Assembly (NCBI GenBank): GCA_951406725.2
Contig: OX597816.1
Span: forward strand, 136,276,001-136,340,000
DNA from: Octopus vulgaris
Lineage: Eukaryota
Length of the DNA stretch: 64,000 nt
Direction: 5' to 3'
A program made the translations under genes and the position numbers. The number at the start of each line of letters is the position of its first letter. Position 1 is the stretch's first letter. This document shows positions 1 through 13,553 of this stretch, in pieces. The notes beneath the pieces are model-generated. The model had not been told where the DNA came from. It saw nothing but the letters and a program-made list of their open reading frames with translations, and made no database searches.

Positions 1-317
1 GCTCCACATGCTCAGCTATTCTAGAAACAGCTGTAATAGACTTTACGCATTATTTCTTAATCTCTTAATCCCTTATTTACTGTAACTACTTTGCAGTTAT
101 GTTTGAATTATAACTTAGATATTCTATAGTGACACCACATGTTTTGCTTGTTCGTTTTCTCTCTGTAATATATCTACCCGCTCAATGATGAGCCACTTAT
201 ATCCGTCTTTGATACGCAGCTTCAACACCACGTTTGTTTCAGCTGAGGTTCAAGCCGAAGTTTTAGTGGTAAATCAACCCGAGCACTTACAGTAAATACA
301 TCATGTCATTAGACGGA

Positions 318-376
<59 letters not shown>

Positions 377-407
377 TGAAGTTTCTCTAAAAACAAAGGA
401 ATCAATA

Positions 408-833
408 TTCTTTTCTACCTTAGGCCCAAAATTTTGGGGGAGTGGGCCAGTCAATTAGATCGACCCCAGTACGCAACTGGTACTTAATTTATCGACCCGA
501 ACGAATGAAAGGCAAAGTCGACCTTGGCGGAATTTGAACTCAAAACGTAAAGACAGACGAAATACTGCTAATCATTTCGCCCGGCGTGCTAACGTTTCTT
601 ATAGCTTTACTGTCCAGAAGGGGCTACACACAGAGGGGACAAAAAAGGACAGACAAACTGATCAAGTCAATTATAACGACCTCAGTGCGTAACTGGTACT
701 TATTTAATCGATCCCGAAAGGATGAAAGGCAAAGTCGACCTCGGTGAAATTTGAACTCAGAACGTAGCGGTAGACGAAATATCGCTAAACATTTCACCCG
801 ATGTTCTAACGTTTCTGCCAGCTCGTCGCCTTA
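408..833 (-). mobile_element. Two joined tRNA-derived SINE-A copies (tail-B copy followed by a 5'-truncated tail-A copy)
   Basis: Minus strand reads AAGGCGACGAGCTGGCAGAAACGTTAG (A-box region), GAGTTCAAATT (B box) and the central GCCTTTCATCCTTTCGGGATCGAT domain; the same sequence recurs about 20 times in the window. Confidence 0.85.
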
Positions 834-3323
834 CAAATGAATCAATATTGATAGCATTTTCTTTTTAAAAAAGGAAAATGATTTATGACTTCGGTGGCGG
901 CGGCGACGACAACGGCGATAGTAACTGCTTCTTTACAATAAAAAGTTACAGAATATGGGTTTTTATAATATGGGACAGATATAAAAATGAAAAGCCAAAG
1001 TAGGACTGTTGAACATTATACGAGGGACGGATTAGAAAATTAATAACGCATAAAATAATTATTTCTATTCCAGACACAAGGCCTTGAGAATTTTTGGCGG
1101 GAAGGGGGCTAGTCGATTACATCGACCCCAGTGCGTAAGTGGTACATATTTCATCGACCCCGGCATGCTAACGATTCTGCAAGCTCACCGCCTTAAATTA
1201 GTATAAAATAGTATAAAATAATAATTAAAGCAAGATGTTATCTAAATTAGAGAAAAACAGAACCCCATGGAACATGTTTATGGTTTACCTACACTTAAAC
1301 GAGTAGAAACGTACTGGGTTGGTTGTCACGGAGTACCCACAACTCTTTACTTCCGTTCTTTCTCGTACTGAATTCTGGCACACCCAAAGGCACCTATTGA
1401 CATGTTCTGGTGTTGGGTTGATTTGGAAATTTTCAATGTGCTCTCGGGTTCATAATCTTTCAAGTATTCATTAAATGCTACTTCGCACCTTATTAATATT
1501 CCGTCTTCCGCATATTTATAATTCTCATCTTCTAAAAGTCTCTCTGGCGAATATTTCAGCGACAAACGAATTACAAGGCGTCTTATGCATTGCGTACGTT
1601 TCTATTACCTCTGTGCTATTCACCCGCTCTATGAATAACCCTAACACTAACACCTAACACTTTTTTGACGATTGTTGGGGTTAACTTCTATTTTATGAGG
1701 TCTTCTTTTTTAACTCTTGCACCCTCCCAGGCCCGTCTCCAGACTTTGGTGTTTAGGGGTGCTTCAGAGTATTCTGGGTGGGTACTAATTTGTATTATGA
1801 GACGATTTTTGTAAACTGTATTTTCTAAATGTAAGGGTGCACCATTGAATAGTGAGGGTGCAGTGCCTTCCAGTGCACCTCCTTAGCGATGGGCATGTTA
1901 GTAGACTTGAAGAAATGTATTGCTGGGAGATTTCTGTAAACTGTATTTTTCAAGTCTGAGGGTACAGTGCCATCCAGTGTCACTTAGTGACGGGCATGGT
2001 ACTCTCAGTGGTTGTTTCTTCTTGCTTCTCCATAATTTCTTTTTGTTCATCTCAAGACGATACAGTGGCGTCGTTGATTAGTCTACGGTCGGTTGATGGG
2101 ATGCCTGGTTGCTTGTTTTGAAGACTAGGCACGAAGTAGCTACCTCGACAGTCTCCGTCATTTCTGCGACCTTGATGAATGATACTGTGGAAACTTTAGC
2201 CTCCTACTGTGGCTACTTTTCAGCTTTTAGGGCAAAAATCCCGCTCATGCTCTTTGTTTCATCGCCGTTACTCCGGTCACAGCGCCGGTCGATTTTGTGG
2301 TTTTCGCAAGTCATCAGGACTTCCACGTCCATCCTAACCCCTCTCAACCATATGTGACTTCTGGTTACCACATGCACTGACCTCTCGTTCGTACTATGAG
2401 ACAAAGGTGATAAGTCGCGAACCAGCATTGTTGTCAGTGTCGCTGGCCTTCACTTTGTATTTCTCTACGTCAAAACTGTCACACAAGTTTCACGATTTTA
2501 GTCTTAAAAACACAGCAGATAGTTCAGTAAATTTTACTCTCGATCAATTGAGATAACTTTTGGTATTTCATTGAGCGCTTCTTCCACTTACTGTTTCAAG
2601 AATAACTGGAAGTTTCCATTGTTCTTAAAAACACACAAATAAATTAGTTTATATTTCTCCGTTGTTATATGTATTTTTCGGATAGAATAACTCCGTTTCG
2701 CGTGACATAGTTTTCCTCACATCCCTTTTTCAAAGAAATTTCCCATATCTAAGGTCCCCGCCTAGTTTGTCACGCGGACAAAACGGATCCTATTTGTAAT
2801 GGTCTTAAAATTTTGTGTGGCGCCACAAATGTGTGTGCGAAAGTTGTTGACAAAATAGATTTTTAGTAATATTACTAGCGGTGCTCTCAAATGAATCGTC
2901 ATTAATAATCTCTTCCTTTTTTTTTTTTTTGTAAGGTGTGTGTCTTTGTGTACAATGTTTTCTTGTTCTATATTGTGTATGTTCTGTATACGACATTCTT
3001 AGTTCTGCATTTTTTCTAAGGGCGCGGTTCGGAATTTTCGTAGCCATTTTGACTTTTGTATGTAGGTAGCGTGAAAAAAAGAAATAAAATTTGCCTTGAA
3101 AAGAAACCTTATTGTTCTACTTTGTCTAAACCCTGTATGGATAAACCCCACTCTTTCAGAAGCTATGTACTCATAGATTCAATATAACTAACTACTTAAT
3201 TTACTAAAAAAATTATTTCGAGGTGCTCTTTGATAGATAGACAATATTTTAGGGGGACTGATGCAGTTATATTTACTAGTTCCCCTCTCATGCACACAAA
3301 AGTGCCCTCTCTTTCCCTGTTCC

Positions 3324-3413
<90 letters not shown>

Positions 3414-3749
3414 TCTTTCACGCAAGTCTTACTCTTCTCTGAAATACTCTCATATATCTTTTTCCTATCTCAGCCCTCTAGACTACACTTCGCTTTGCAA
3501 GGTGTTCCAATTTATATAGCTCCCAAACACTCGTCTCTTTTAGTCTAAATATCAGCAACAAAGACTTCTAGTTACTCTCTCTCAAATTCTCTCTTCACCA
3601 TTTATATAAGTCCATCTGCTGTCTCCACTGTTGTCCAACTTTCTGCGGTTGTTTGATGTCTCTTCTTTTGTATTCAAGACATTTCTTCTCCCCCCTCCTC
3701 TCTTTCTTTGAGAACTAGATTTATTGGACATTTACACTCTACCTATTTT

Positions 3750-3963
3750 ACTCTTTACTATTTTACTTGTTTCAGTCATTTGACTGTGGCCATGCTGGAA
3801 CACCGCCTTTAGTCGAACAAATCGACCCCAGGACATATTCTTTGTAAGCCTAGTACTTATTCTATCGGTCTCTTTTGTCGAACCGCTAAGTTACGGGGAC
3901 GTAAACACACTAGCATCGGTTGTCAAGCGATGTTGTGGGGACAAACACAGACACGCAAACATA

Positions 3964-4017
<54 letters not shown>

Positions 4018-4187
4018 CATATATACGACGGGCTTCTTTCAGTTTCCGTCTACCAAATCCACTCACAAGGCTTTGGTCAGCCCGAGGCTATAGTAGAAGA
4101 CACTTGCCCAAGGTGCCACGCAGTGGGACTGAACCCGGAACCATGAGGTTGGTAAGCAAGCTACTTACCACACAGCCACTCCTACGC
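3750..4187 (-). mobile_element. tRNA-derived SINE-B (CORE-like) with a central (TA)n(TG)n microsatellite
   Basis: Minus strand GGCGTAGGAGTGGCTGTGTGGTAAG (A box), GGGTTCAGTCCC (B box), CORE-like GCACCTTGGGCAAGTG and tail ...CCAGCATGGCCACAGTCAAATGACTGAAACAAGTAAAA; multi-copy in the window. Confidence 0.85.
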
Positions 4188-4414
4188 CTTATATATTTTT
4201 TCAGAACTTCTACGAAGGCAATACTGGCGTCGTTGACATCAATAGTCTTTGAATTGTCTCCAGCAAATGCACCTTCTCGTAAAGTTACCCACCTCTGTCC
4301 CGACCCGTTTTTCATCTCATGGGTCAGAGTTTCCTGTTGGCCGATCAATTATAACGTGTGCTGATATGATTCTCATCGATTTTAATATGCCCAAGACTCA
4401 GAAAGTATCAGCAG

Positions 4415-4890
4415 GCATTGGACTGCGGCCATGCTGGAGCACCGCCTTAAAGGGAATTAGTTGACCAAATCAACCCAGTACATATTTTTTCTTTACGTCT
4501 GGTACTTATTCTATCGGTCTCATTTGCCGAACTACTAGGTTACAGGGACATAAATAAACCAACACCAGTTTTCAAGTGGTGTTAGGGGACACAGATAAAC
4601 ACATAGACTCACATATTTATTATTCTTATACAAGAATAATAAATTTGTACTTTACAAAAGTATAGAGTAACTCAACAGATTAATGTAAAGTTGTTTTTAT
4701 AACTGAACATAAACGCGCGCGCGTGCACACACACACGACGGCCTTCTTTTGGGTTTCCGTTAAACAAATCCACTCACAAGCCTTTGATCGGCACGTAGCT
4801 ATAGTACAAGACACCTACCCATGATGCCACGCAGTGGGACTGAACCAGAAATCATGTGATTGGGAAGAAAACTTCTTGCCACGCAGGCAC
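4415..4890 (-). mobile_element. Diverged SINE-B copy
   Basis: Same head and tail blocks as 3750-4187. Confidence 0.7.
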
Positions 4891-5056
4891 GAAAACTTTT
4901 CTGACTTTACTGGGTTTAGGAAACTCTCTATCCAGCAGTATCAAAGGTAGTTATTTTTCAATTTCAATACCTTGCATTGTTAACATATCGCGAATATCAA
5001 TTAATTCCGATTAAACTGAAATATCTGCGTCCCCTGCTTGTTACTATTACTAAACC

Positions 5057-5479
5057 TGGATCTTTTCGGTTTGAACGGCAGTTTTTAACATAATTTCTAG
5101 GTAACTAAAAAATTTTTAACTTTGTATACTGGTAGAATGTGTTTATAAAACATCTTTTTCTCTTGGCTTTATTGAGAAAATTCTATAGTTTGTAAGATAT
5201 TTGTTGTTTTTTTCTTCAATTTCTGCAATTTCAATCAATCACTGACGTCCATTGAGGTAAAAAAAAAAACATTCTGTGCCGTATGAATATGTCCCTCGTT
5301 TAAGAAACAGATTGGGTTTATTTACATTTGTGAAGAAAAAAAGATACCCTTCCCCCCACTCCTAACCCTAACCCTAAAATAGATTGAAATGCAATAGATC
5401 GATACTAGGGTCATAATTATGGGTTACAATTTCATATGACACCGCTAGAAAAAACTGCCGTTCAAACCGAAAAGATCCC
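5057..5479. mobile_element. MITE with (G)GGATCTTTTCG termini, 6-bp TSD and internal CCCTAA repeats
   Basis: About 29-bp TIRs GGATCTTTTCGGTTTGAACGGCAGTTTTT / AAAAACTGCCGTTCAAACCGAAAAGATCC; flanked by TAAACC on both sides. Confidence 0.85.
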
Positions 5480-5979
5480 TAAACCTTAAGGTACTACACT
5501 AAGTTCTAATTACTTCAGTGAGTTTTAAAAAGTACGAGTCTTTGAATAATATTTAGAACTATACCAAAAATGTATGTAATCTCTCTATTTACGGTCTTCA
5601 TATAATTGAGACAGTGCAGGAGTTAAAGCTTTACTGTTTTTTTTTAAATGACGGACAATTACCAATGATGCAATACAATAAATTCAATACTAACGGCTAC
5701 ACTGTTACATCAAACTACGAATCCTATACGATGTTGGACTGATTGCTGAAAGTAAACCGCCACTCTCTGTTTTATTTGCTGTTAATTTAATGTTGTTACA
5801 CATATATTATTGTATTTAGAAGGAATTTTAGCGATTAACTTAAAAAACGTATTGTAAGTCAGAAAGTACAAGTGACTTCAAATACAAATTCTTAAAATTC
5901 TTTCCAGTTATGTAAACAACTATGTATGTTATGTATGTATGTGTGTTGTGTGTGAGTTGTGTGTTGTGTGTGTTGTGTG

Positions 5980-6032
<53 letters not shown>

Positions 6033-6166
6033 AGAGCGTATATATATATATAAAACTATATATCGAACACTGACTTTTTGTGTTCCGAACTATTACAGTA
6101 TTAAAAAAATATAAATAGAAAGACCACAATATATATGTGTGTGTGCGCGTGTATGTGTACGTGCGC

Positions 6167-6225
<59 letters not shown>

Positions 6226-6297
6226 GTTCGAATGTACAGAAAACAGAAGACAGGGACAGGCTGGTGTATCAGTTTGACGCTCGGAGAAAAATGGAAA

Positions 6298-6336
6298 AGT
6301 CTCTGATATTTCAAGCCTACGCTCTTCGACAGAAAG
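6298..6336 (-). ncRNA. Degenerate minimal hammerhead ribozyme motif (PLE-type)
   Basis: Minus strand cttt CTGTCGA a GAGC gtag GCTT GAAA ta TC agag; the core has one change (CTGTCGA versus CUGANGA); about 75 bp from a (TG)n tract. Confidence 0.45.
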
Positions 6337-6688
6337 GGAGGAGAGGGGTAAAAATGGAGGGAGGGAGAGAAAAAAACCCGAAAGAGACAAAAATGTGTTG
6401 AGATTAGTGATGGTAAAGGGAGGTATCAAAGGTCCGAGAAGGTAGGAGAGATGAGGGTCCAAGAGAGGAGGGAATTCAGTCAGGCAGGATCAAACTATAT
6501 TTACGCTGTTTTGGTACTTCGATGCGGGAAAAACTCGCAACCTTCTGCGCCAATAAACCACTATTGTTCCTGAAAGTTGTGATTTTTTACATCTTCTTCA
6601 GATTGCTAGTAGCTCACTAACTTCCTAAACCTTGATCCTTGGATCTTAACTTTACATACCAACACACACACACACACACACACACATA

Positions 6689-6732
<44 letters not shown>

Positions 6733-6756
6733 CACACACACATACATATAAATTTT

Positions 6757-8175
6757 TTTCTCTCAGTTTTTAGTCTAAGAACTGCGGCCATGCTGGGGCA
6801 CCACCGTTTACACTAAACCTCTTTTGATATATGACAGTTGGCGGATGAAGGAGTTTGACGTCGCTGCCCTCATCTGTGTTTCTTGCCCAGAGTAGGTTCA
6901 TCCGGAACTCTTGACAGAAGGAGATCTACTTTTGTTTTGAAAACGCCTACATCCACGCCATGCAGGTCTCTCAGGCTTTGTGGGAGGATATTGAAAACCA
7001 AGCTGTTGCAGTAACTGGTCTTGTATCGTGATGGCAATGTTGGGACCTTTGGTACCATGCAGTAGCGCCCTATCTGGCAGATTGCCTGAGTGACAATGCC
7101 ATAGTTTGGAACAAGTTTTTGTAGGATTTTCCAGATGTATATTTCTGCATATCTTTCCCGCCTTCGCTCCAGGGAGTAAAGTTTTAACTCTTTTAGTCTC
7201 TCCCTGTAGCTGATATGTTGCATTGTATCGATCTTCCTTGTGTAGCTTCGCCTCGAGTTCCGTCGTTAATTTTACGTTGTTTGGTGACCACAGTTGGGAG
7301 CAGTAATCCAGAGGGCTAAGAACAAAAGTCCTCCAGAGGACCATCATGGTTTCCTTTTCTCTTTTTTAAAAGTTCGAAGGATCCACCCGGCCAAACGTCT
7401 GCATTTTATTGCCAGCTTGGAAATGTGCACCTGTAAAGATGCACCATTATTCATGTCGATGCCCAGGTCACGCACTGATTTTGATTCGGGGATTGGAATC
7501 ACTCCTGGGACAATGTATCCTATCTGCTTTTCATTGAGGTTACTGTGTTGGTTGCGCGGGGCTTGGAATTTGACAGCATTTAAACTGCATGTTAGTTTCT
7601 TTAGCCCACCTGTATACTGCGTCCCACTCACGTTGCAGATACACAATGTCTCCAGAGTTTCGATCCTTTGAGATACTTTTGTATTATCAGCATAGCTAGC
7701 AAGAGTAGCTACTTCAGCAGCTGAGGGTATGTCAGAGAGGACTACTATGAATAGCAGTGGCCCAGGACAGTGCTCCGTGGAACACCACTCATTATTTGTT
7801 TCCTTGGAGGTGGCCAGGTGACTCCATTGACCACCACTACCTAACTTCTATCTTTTAGAAAGTCATGTAGCCATTCTCCAAGTTTTCCAAATATGCCAAG
7901 ATTTGGGAGACTGACAAATCATACCATTTGTCAAAGGCTTCTGAAAAGTCGACGTATATCACATCCAAATTTGAGTTGTTGAGCAACTGCTTTAGCACCA
8001 GTCGTAATGCTGTAAGAGCTGTGCCAGGCAGCTCCTAACTTGTCGAAAACCATGTTGGGTGTCAGTCAGCAAGTCGTTCTCTTCAAGGAATACAATTAAT
8101 TTCCTTCGGACTATTCGTTCCATGACTTTGCTGGTGCGTGAGGGCAGAGAGATAGGCCTATATTTTTTAGCACGC
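6757..8175 (-). mobile_element. CR1-group LINE, 3' RT portion and 3' UTR (frameshifted)
   Basis: ORF fragments [54 protein letters not shown]; homologous to 61205-62360. Confidence 0.9.
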
Positions 8176-8314
8176 ATGTATAATACATAACTTAGAAGCA
8201 ACGCTAGGGATTTACCAGCACACACGAGATTGAGACATGGCCGACCTCACGCACTTCCGAAAACGAAAAAATAAAAGCCGTTGGAAAACCGATTATAGCA
8301 GTGACTCCATTTAA

Positions 8315-8352
8315 GAATAACTGAAGAAGGAATTTTATTCCGAAATATTATC
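8315..8352 (+). ncRNA. Degenerate minimal hammerhead ribozyme motif
   Basis: ataa CTGAAGA a GGAAT ttt ATTCC GAAA tat tatc: intact core and perfect 5-bp stem II; stem III and the cleavage site are damaged. Confidence 0.5.
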
Positions 8353-8444
8353 AGACTATGGATGACTAAATTACAACAGGTATATAGCCCATTGTTTGTA
8401 TTATAGTGCATTATTGTATCATTCAAAAACTTTTTATTCTTTAT

Positions 8445-9616
8445 TTATTAATTGTTATAATGTGAATATTTAATATTTAGTAGACATGCCCTTTGCATTT
8501 TTCAATGCAAAGACCCTATTAAACATGTTACTGATCAGATGAATATTCTCTTCCGGAATTTCTTGCCAAGTTTCATACAGTAATCTCAAAAGATCTGGCT
8601 TTGAAGATGCTTTCTTGTTCTTTTTATGAAGTGTCCTGTCCATTATGCCCCAGAGGTGATCAATAGGGTTCATATCTGGTGATTGGCTTGCCTATGGAAG
8701 CTTTTTAACGTCATTCTCATCCAACAAATCTTGGGTCATTTTAGCCGTGTGACAAAGAACCCCATCTTCCACAAATAAATAGTCTTCTTTAATCATTTCA
8801 CTACTGGAAAATATTGGAAGGAATCCTTTCTGCAACATGGACATATATTTATCTGAATTTATGTTTCCCTCACACTCTACCAGCTCTGATTGACCATTGC
8901 TCCAAATTTCTCCCCAGACCGTCACAGAAAAGCTGCCATGTTTCATTGTTGGCTGCAATCTTTTCACGTCAAATTCTTGATCACAGAGTTTCCAAGCCCA
9001 CACTCGACCACTGTCAGAAAATACAGCAAATCTGGACTCACTGGAGAATATGACAGTGTTCCAAAATATTAGTGGCCTCTCCACCATCTCACTGGCCCAA
9101 TCTTTTCTCCGCTTGATAATGGCTGGTCAAAGAAGTGGTTTCCTTCTTGCTGTCCTGCCATAGTAACCAAGTTTGTGGAGATACTTGACAGCTGTTCTGG
9201 GACTGACATCAACGTGTTCTGCTATGTCAGATGCCTTGCAACGAGAATTATCCTTCACTATTCTCTTAACAAAGAGAAAGGTCATGTCAGAGGGCCCTGG
9301 TTGATCTGGGAAAGGTAATGTGGACTCCTTCCCCTCTTTAGTGAATTGCACAATCACTCTGCTAACTGTAGAAAGTGGGATCCCAAGGTTTTCTGCGATT
9401 TTACGCTGACTGTGTCTACCTTCAGTTTGATACAATATGGCCTCTTTGAAATTCAGACAATTCCAAGGCATCTATTGTACATGGCATGATTAAACAGTCA
9501 CATATAGAACCTGAAACATAAAAATGTCAATTAATACAAAAAATATAAACCTTTACACGTTAGAATAAACATAAAATGATGTTTTATGGGGTATCTATTA
9601 ATTTCTGTCATGTCTG
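8445..9616 (-). mobile_element. Tc1-like DNA transposon, decayed transposase, one TIR retained
   Basis: Paired-HTH ORF ([27 protein letters not shown]), catalytic motifs IFSSESRF, VEDGVLCH, SPDMNPIDHLW; right end ...CATGTCTG followed by TA. Confidence 0.9.
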
Positions 9617-9646
9617 TATAACACCCCCCCCACACACACACACACA

Positions 9647-9760
9647 CCGTATATACTCGTGTAAAAGTCGAATTTTTTATACCATTTTTTAAGGTCAAAT
9701 TTATGGGGTCGACTATTACACGGATACCACTTTTGAGGAGCTGAAATTCAAGCTAGAATC
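9647..9760. mobile_element. Possible Tc2/pogo-type transposon terminus
   Basis: CCGTATATACTCGTGTAAAAGTCGA...GTCGACTATTACACG subterminal inverted motif; no partner end found. Confidence 0.3.
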
Positions 9761-10165
9761 CGAAGTGCCGTATTGACAGCAGGAGCCCAACTGGTCTCTA
9801 AGGGAATAAAAACATAAACACAATTAATTACAGTAATATTGCCAATTCTATGCATCAAAACACACGTCCTAGTAAATAACAAAACCCATAAACAAAACCG
9901 CGTAACTCTTATAAATATTTAAACTTTCTCTTTTATTTGTCTCCATCAAACATAACAGACTAGCTGAGTGAAATCAGTTTATATCTCATAATTATATCTC
10001 CCTAATATCTTGTCCCCCACAAAATTGAAAGAAAAAAGTTACAGGATGTCTTGTGCAGTTACCAATAAATGTCCACAATATGGTGTAGAGTTGTTAATCT
10101 GGAGCAAGGATTTCCAAAGTATGTTCTGCAAACCCCAGGGTTCCCTGAAAGTTGTCAGGGGTTCC

Positions 10166-10403
10166 ACGTTTTTAAAAATAATGTCGAAGGATTCCGCAGC
10201 AAAAAAAGTTTGGGAACAACTGATCTAGCGATTAACTAAATGTTTTTTAGGCCTACCGAATTTACGCCTCTTTACGAATTCATACGTTTTTAAAAATAAT
10301 GTCGAAGGATTCCGCAGCAAAAAAAGTTTGGGAACAACTGATCTAGCGATTAACTAAATGTTTTTTAGGCCTACCGAATTTACGCCTCTTTACGAATTCA
10401 TAC
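10166..10403. repeat. 118-bp tandem duplication
   Basis: ACGTTTTTAAAAATAATGTCGAAGG...GAATTCAT at 10166 and 10284; no differences seen. Confidence 0.9.
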
Positions 10404-10699
10404 AGTGATGTTTACTGTTGTTCGCCGATAGTGCTGTCTGTGAAACGCGTTTCTCATCATGTAAACTGACGAGCATATGACGCATGTATTTATTGTATTT
10501 GGAAATGAAGAAAATACGAAGGTCGCATTGATCTAGCATTTGAATGTTTTTAGGCCTACCAAAGTCATGCCTTTATAAGAATTCAGACAGTGGCCTTTGC
10601 CAGTGTTCGCCAAATAAAGCTGTCCGTTAAGCACGTTTCTCACCATGTAAACGACGAGTGTATGATTCACCGCCTTCGGATAAGATGCTTCACTTGAGC

Positions 10700-11489
10700 C
10701 TACTTCAGGCTTTAAAAAATCCAACATTCACTATTCCAGGTCTTTGGCTCTAGACCTTCTAAGGTCTAGTCACTGACCACCGAATTGCTCAGCCGTGTTC
10801 CAGTACCAGCGACAGACGGCCAGCCAGCCAGCCAGCCATGCTCCTGCTTCAGCCATGACGACGCTAATGTACACCAGCAACATAGGACGTTCTCCATCTC
10901 CGTCGACTTCAGCAATACGTACACATCAATATCGACCAGGTTTAACTCCACGCTGTTTGTGAATATTTCACCGAGGTAAAATAGTTGCAGTCTACCTGAA
11001 AGAACTTTCTGTATCAAGAGACTCGGCACGGCATTGAAACCCCAACTGCGGCACGACATGTGCCCAACCGGCCTTTGCCTGTGTCCACAACATCTTGTTA
11101 TAGAATTTGCTTTCGTGTACCTCACTTACGAACCGGTAAACAAATTCCATCTTAACTCAATATGCTGAGAGACTTATCTTATGCTCTGTATTTCTGTTTT
11201 ATATGCAGACACCTTTATGTGTACCTTCTGTCGCACATACGAACACACAGACACCAACACTTGCCGCACGCATCCAGACATTACACTTTGCTAGCACCCA
11301 TACTTTATCGTCGTACACTTTGTAAATAAAGTCTTCTCCTCTCTCAAACAGTAGAACGGTTGTCGTCCTTCATTCATTCCTTTTGGCACTGTATTTTATA
11401 TCATGTATTTGGCTTCTTATTTTGTTAGGGGCAACCATGCGGTGTTCAAAAGGAGACCTTTGTCACCAACTCCTTACGTATTCCCTACA
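10700..11489 (+). mobile_element. Partial LTR (U5 end) related to the solo LTR at 47875-48868
   Basis: AATAAA followed by ...CGGTTGTCGTCCTTC...TGCGGTGTTCAAAAGGAG...GTCACC...CTCCTT...CTACA, aligning by eye with the reverse complement of 47875-48030; 5' boundary not identified. Confidence 0.55.
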
Positions 11490-12470
11490 CCTCTATTTCC
11501 AACCCCTCCTCTTCAGCAGGCTGTTCTTGTTGTTCCTCTACTTCACTTTCCTGCTGAGGCACCCTGCTTTCATGTGTCCCTCTTATTCGCATAGAAAACA
11601 TGTTGGAGGTCTTCCCTCCACCACCACTCTCAACGTAATGTCCTCCACTAAAAGGATCTCTTCCACAATTCCATATAGGTCTTTTAGCCCAAGTTGAATT
11701 GTGATTTCTAGGTCGTAGCCCCACCAATTGACTTCCCTCGTTCTGGTTATCGTCAGAATCTTTGCATCCTCCTCTATTCCGTGCATGACTGCTGCCATCA
11801 GCCATGCCTCTTCGATCTCGGGTGTGGGGGTCACTCTGCCTACTCTCACTCTAGCAACATGTTTGCCACAGTACATCGGTAGCAGCGCCCACTCCTGTGT
11901 TCCCATTGGCTCAGTGGAGTGGTTAATAACGTCCTCCTCGCTGGAGAACCCAACCTCCACTGTGCCGTACTTCCTCCCACGTATATAAAAAGTGGTTAGT
12001 CCTTTCACGTCACCTAGACATTCCTCAGTTGCCCCTATTGGAGCAATCTCTATTTTTTGGGTAGAAGTTGATAGTGTCCTGTACATTACCGTCCTCCTTG
12101 CTACACTCTTCGTCACTTCTTCTGGTGGGGTCAGCTTTAAGCCGGCCCCTTTCCTTTGTAACAATTTGTACCCCTTTCTCCAGTCCTCTGTGTCCATTTC
12201 CATCTCGCGAACTTCAAGGGTGCTGGTCGCAATACCTTTTGTAGTTGCGGATGTACAACTTGCGACACGTTCCATTTCTCCTCCTTTCCCACAACTTGCG
12301 ACACGTTCCATTTCTCCTCCTTTCCCACAACTTGCAACACGTTCCATTTCTCCTCCTTTCCACATAATAGGGAAGAAACAATTTTCAAAAACAAGCACAC
12401 ACAACGAAAGAAATTCAATAATTTAAAATTCTAACTGATCCTGGTTCACCCGCGCCGGGAAACTTACAAC
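11490..12470 (-). mobile_element. Tx1/L1-like LINE ORF1 (gag-like) fragment
   Basis: ORF 11583-12404 ending VVVEGRPPTCFLCE (zinc-knuckle start); similar to ORF1 at 42028-43100 (RRYATV, LPIYMGR, NWRG) and at 35120-35700; three 36-bp internal repeats at about 12256-12362. Confidence 0.75.
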
Positions 12471-12820
12471 AATATATAAAAACAGTGTGTAACAATTTAA
12501 CTCACGTTCTAAAGAAATCAACACCAACACGCAAAAATTGCAGGGCGACTTTCTCTCAAGATGTGTTGCTTCTGAATAGTGTTTGAAGCTTGCCCTATAT
12601 TTATAGAGAGTTCATGGGTCAAATTAGTATATGTTTTGAATAGGATTTGATTGGTAGAAGATAGTCATATGACTGGACTTGGAATTTTTTGTAGGTTCCC
12701 CGCTGCATCCGTGTGTTAGTATCAAGTGACAATGTTTGGCGTCGTAAGCTAAGGCTGACACGGTTGACTGAACATGTCCAAACAATCAATGCTCTGAATG
12801 TTATCTATATATATATGGAT

Positions 12821-12876
<56 letters not shown>

Positions 12877-13508
12877 CTGTTAAATATTGCTTTCGAATTT
12901 TTGCACAAGGCCAACAATTTCGGGGGAGTAGGCAAGTCGATTACATCGACCCAAGCGCTCAACAGGTACTTATTTTATCGACTCCGAAAGGGATGAAAGG
13001 CAAAGTCCACCTCGGCAAAATTTGAACTCAGAGAGTGCAGACAGACGAAACTCTAGCTGTTAAATATAACAAAGAAAATGTTTTCAACCATTACCAAACA
13101 AATAAATATTAGAAAGCCTCCATATCAGGAACAGGCAATCTTCTTCGAGAAGCGGACATGACTCTGCATCAGGCGGCTGCACTACTTAGAAAGAAAAAAA
13201 TCCAAGGTAAATTTTCGTTAAGGGTACCATTCAGAAAGTTTTGCGGGCTGCAGTTTGCCTTTGACTTCTCTATATGCTCGACCACTCTGCCTGAAATAGC
13301 AACTAAATATCCTCCAGCTCCACACTGTTGTCTAAAATAGACAATGTAAGATAATGTAGTCGTAGATTCATTATACTTGATCAAATGATAGGATTGTCAC
13401 GACTGTAACATCTTTGATCATAGATATGTTGTATTAAGGGTGACCTGGGGTTAAACAACAATAGCATATTAACATAACGGAAGCAGGTATTAAATCAGAA
13501 TGCACATA

Positions 13509-13548
<40 letters not shown>

Positions 13549-13553
<5 letters not shown>

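Noticed and set aside
6560-6610. Minus-strand CTGAAGA
   Set aside because: No stem II plus GAAA arrangement
13169-13384. Possible host exon on the minus strand after a TTTTAG acceptor
   Set aside because: No recognisable protein motif, and part of it resembles a dispersed repeat fragment (GGA.GAT.T.G.TGCTATTT) also seen near 27741
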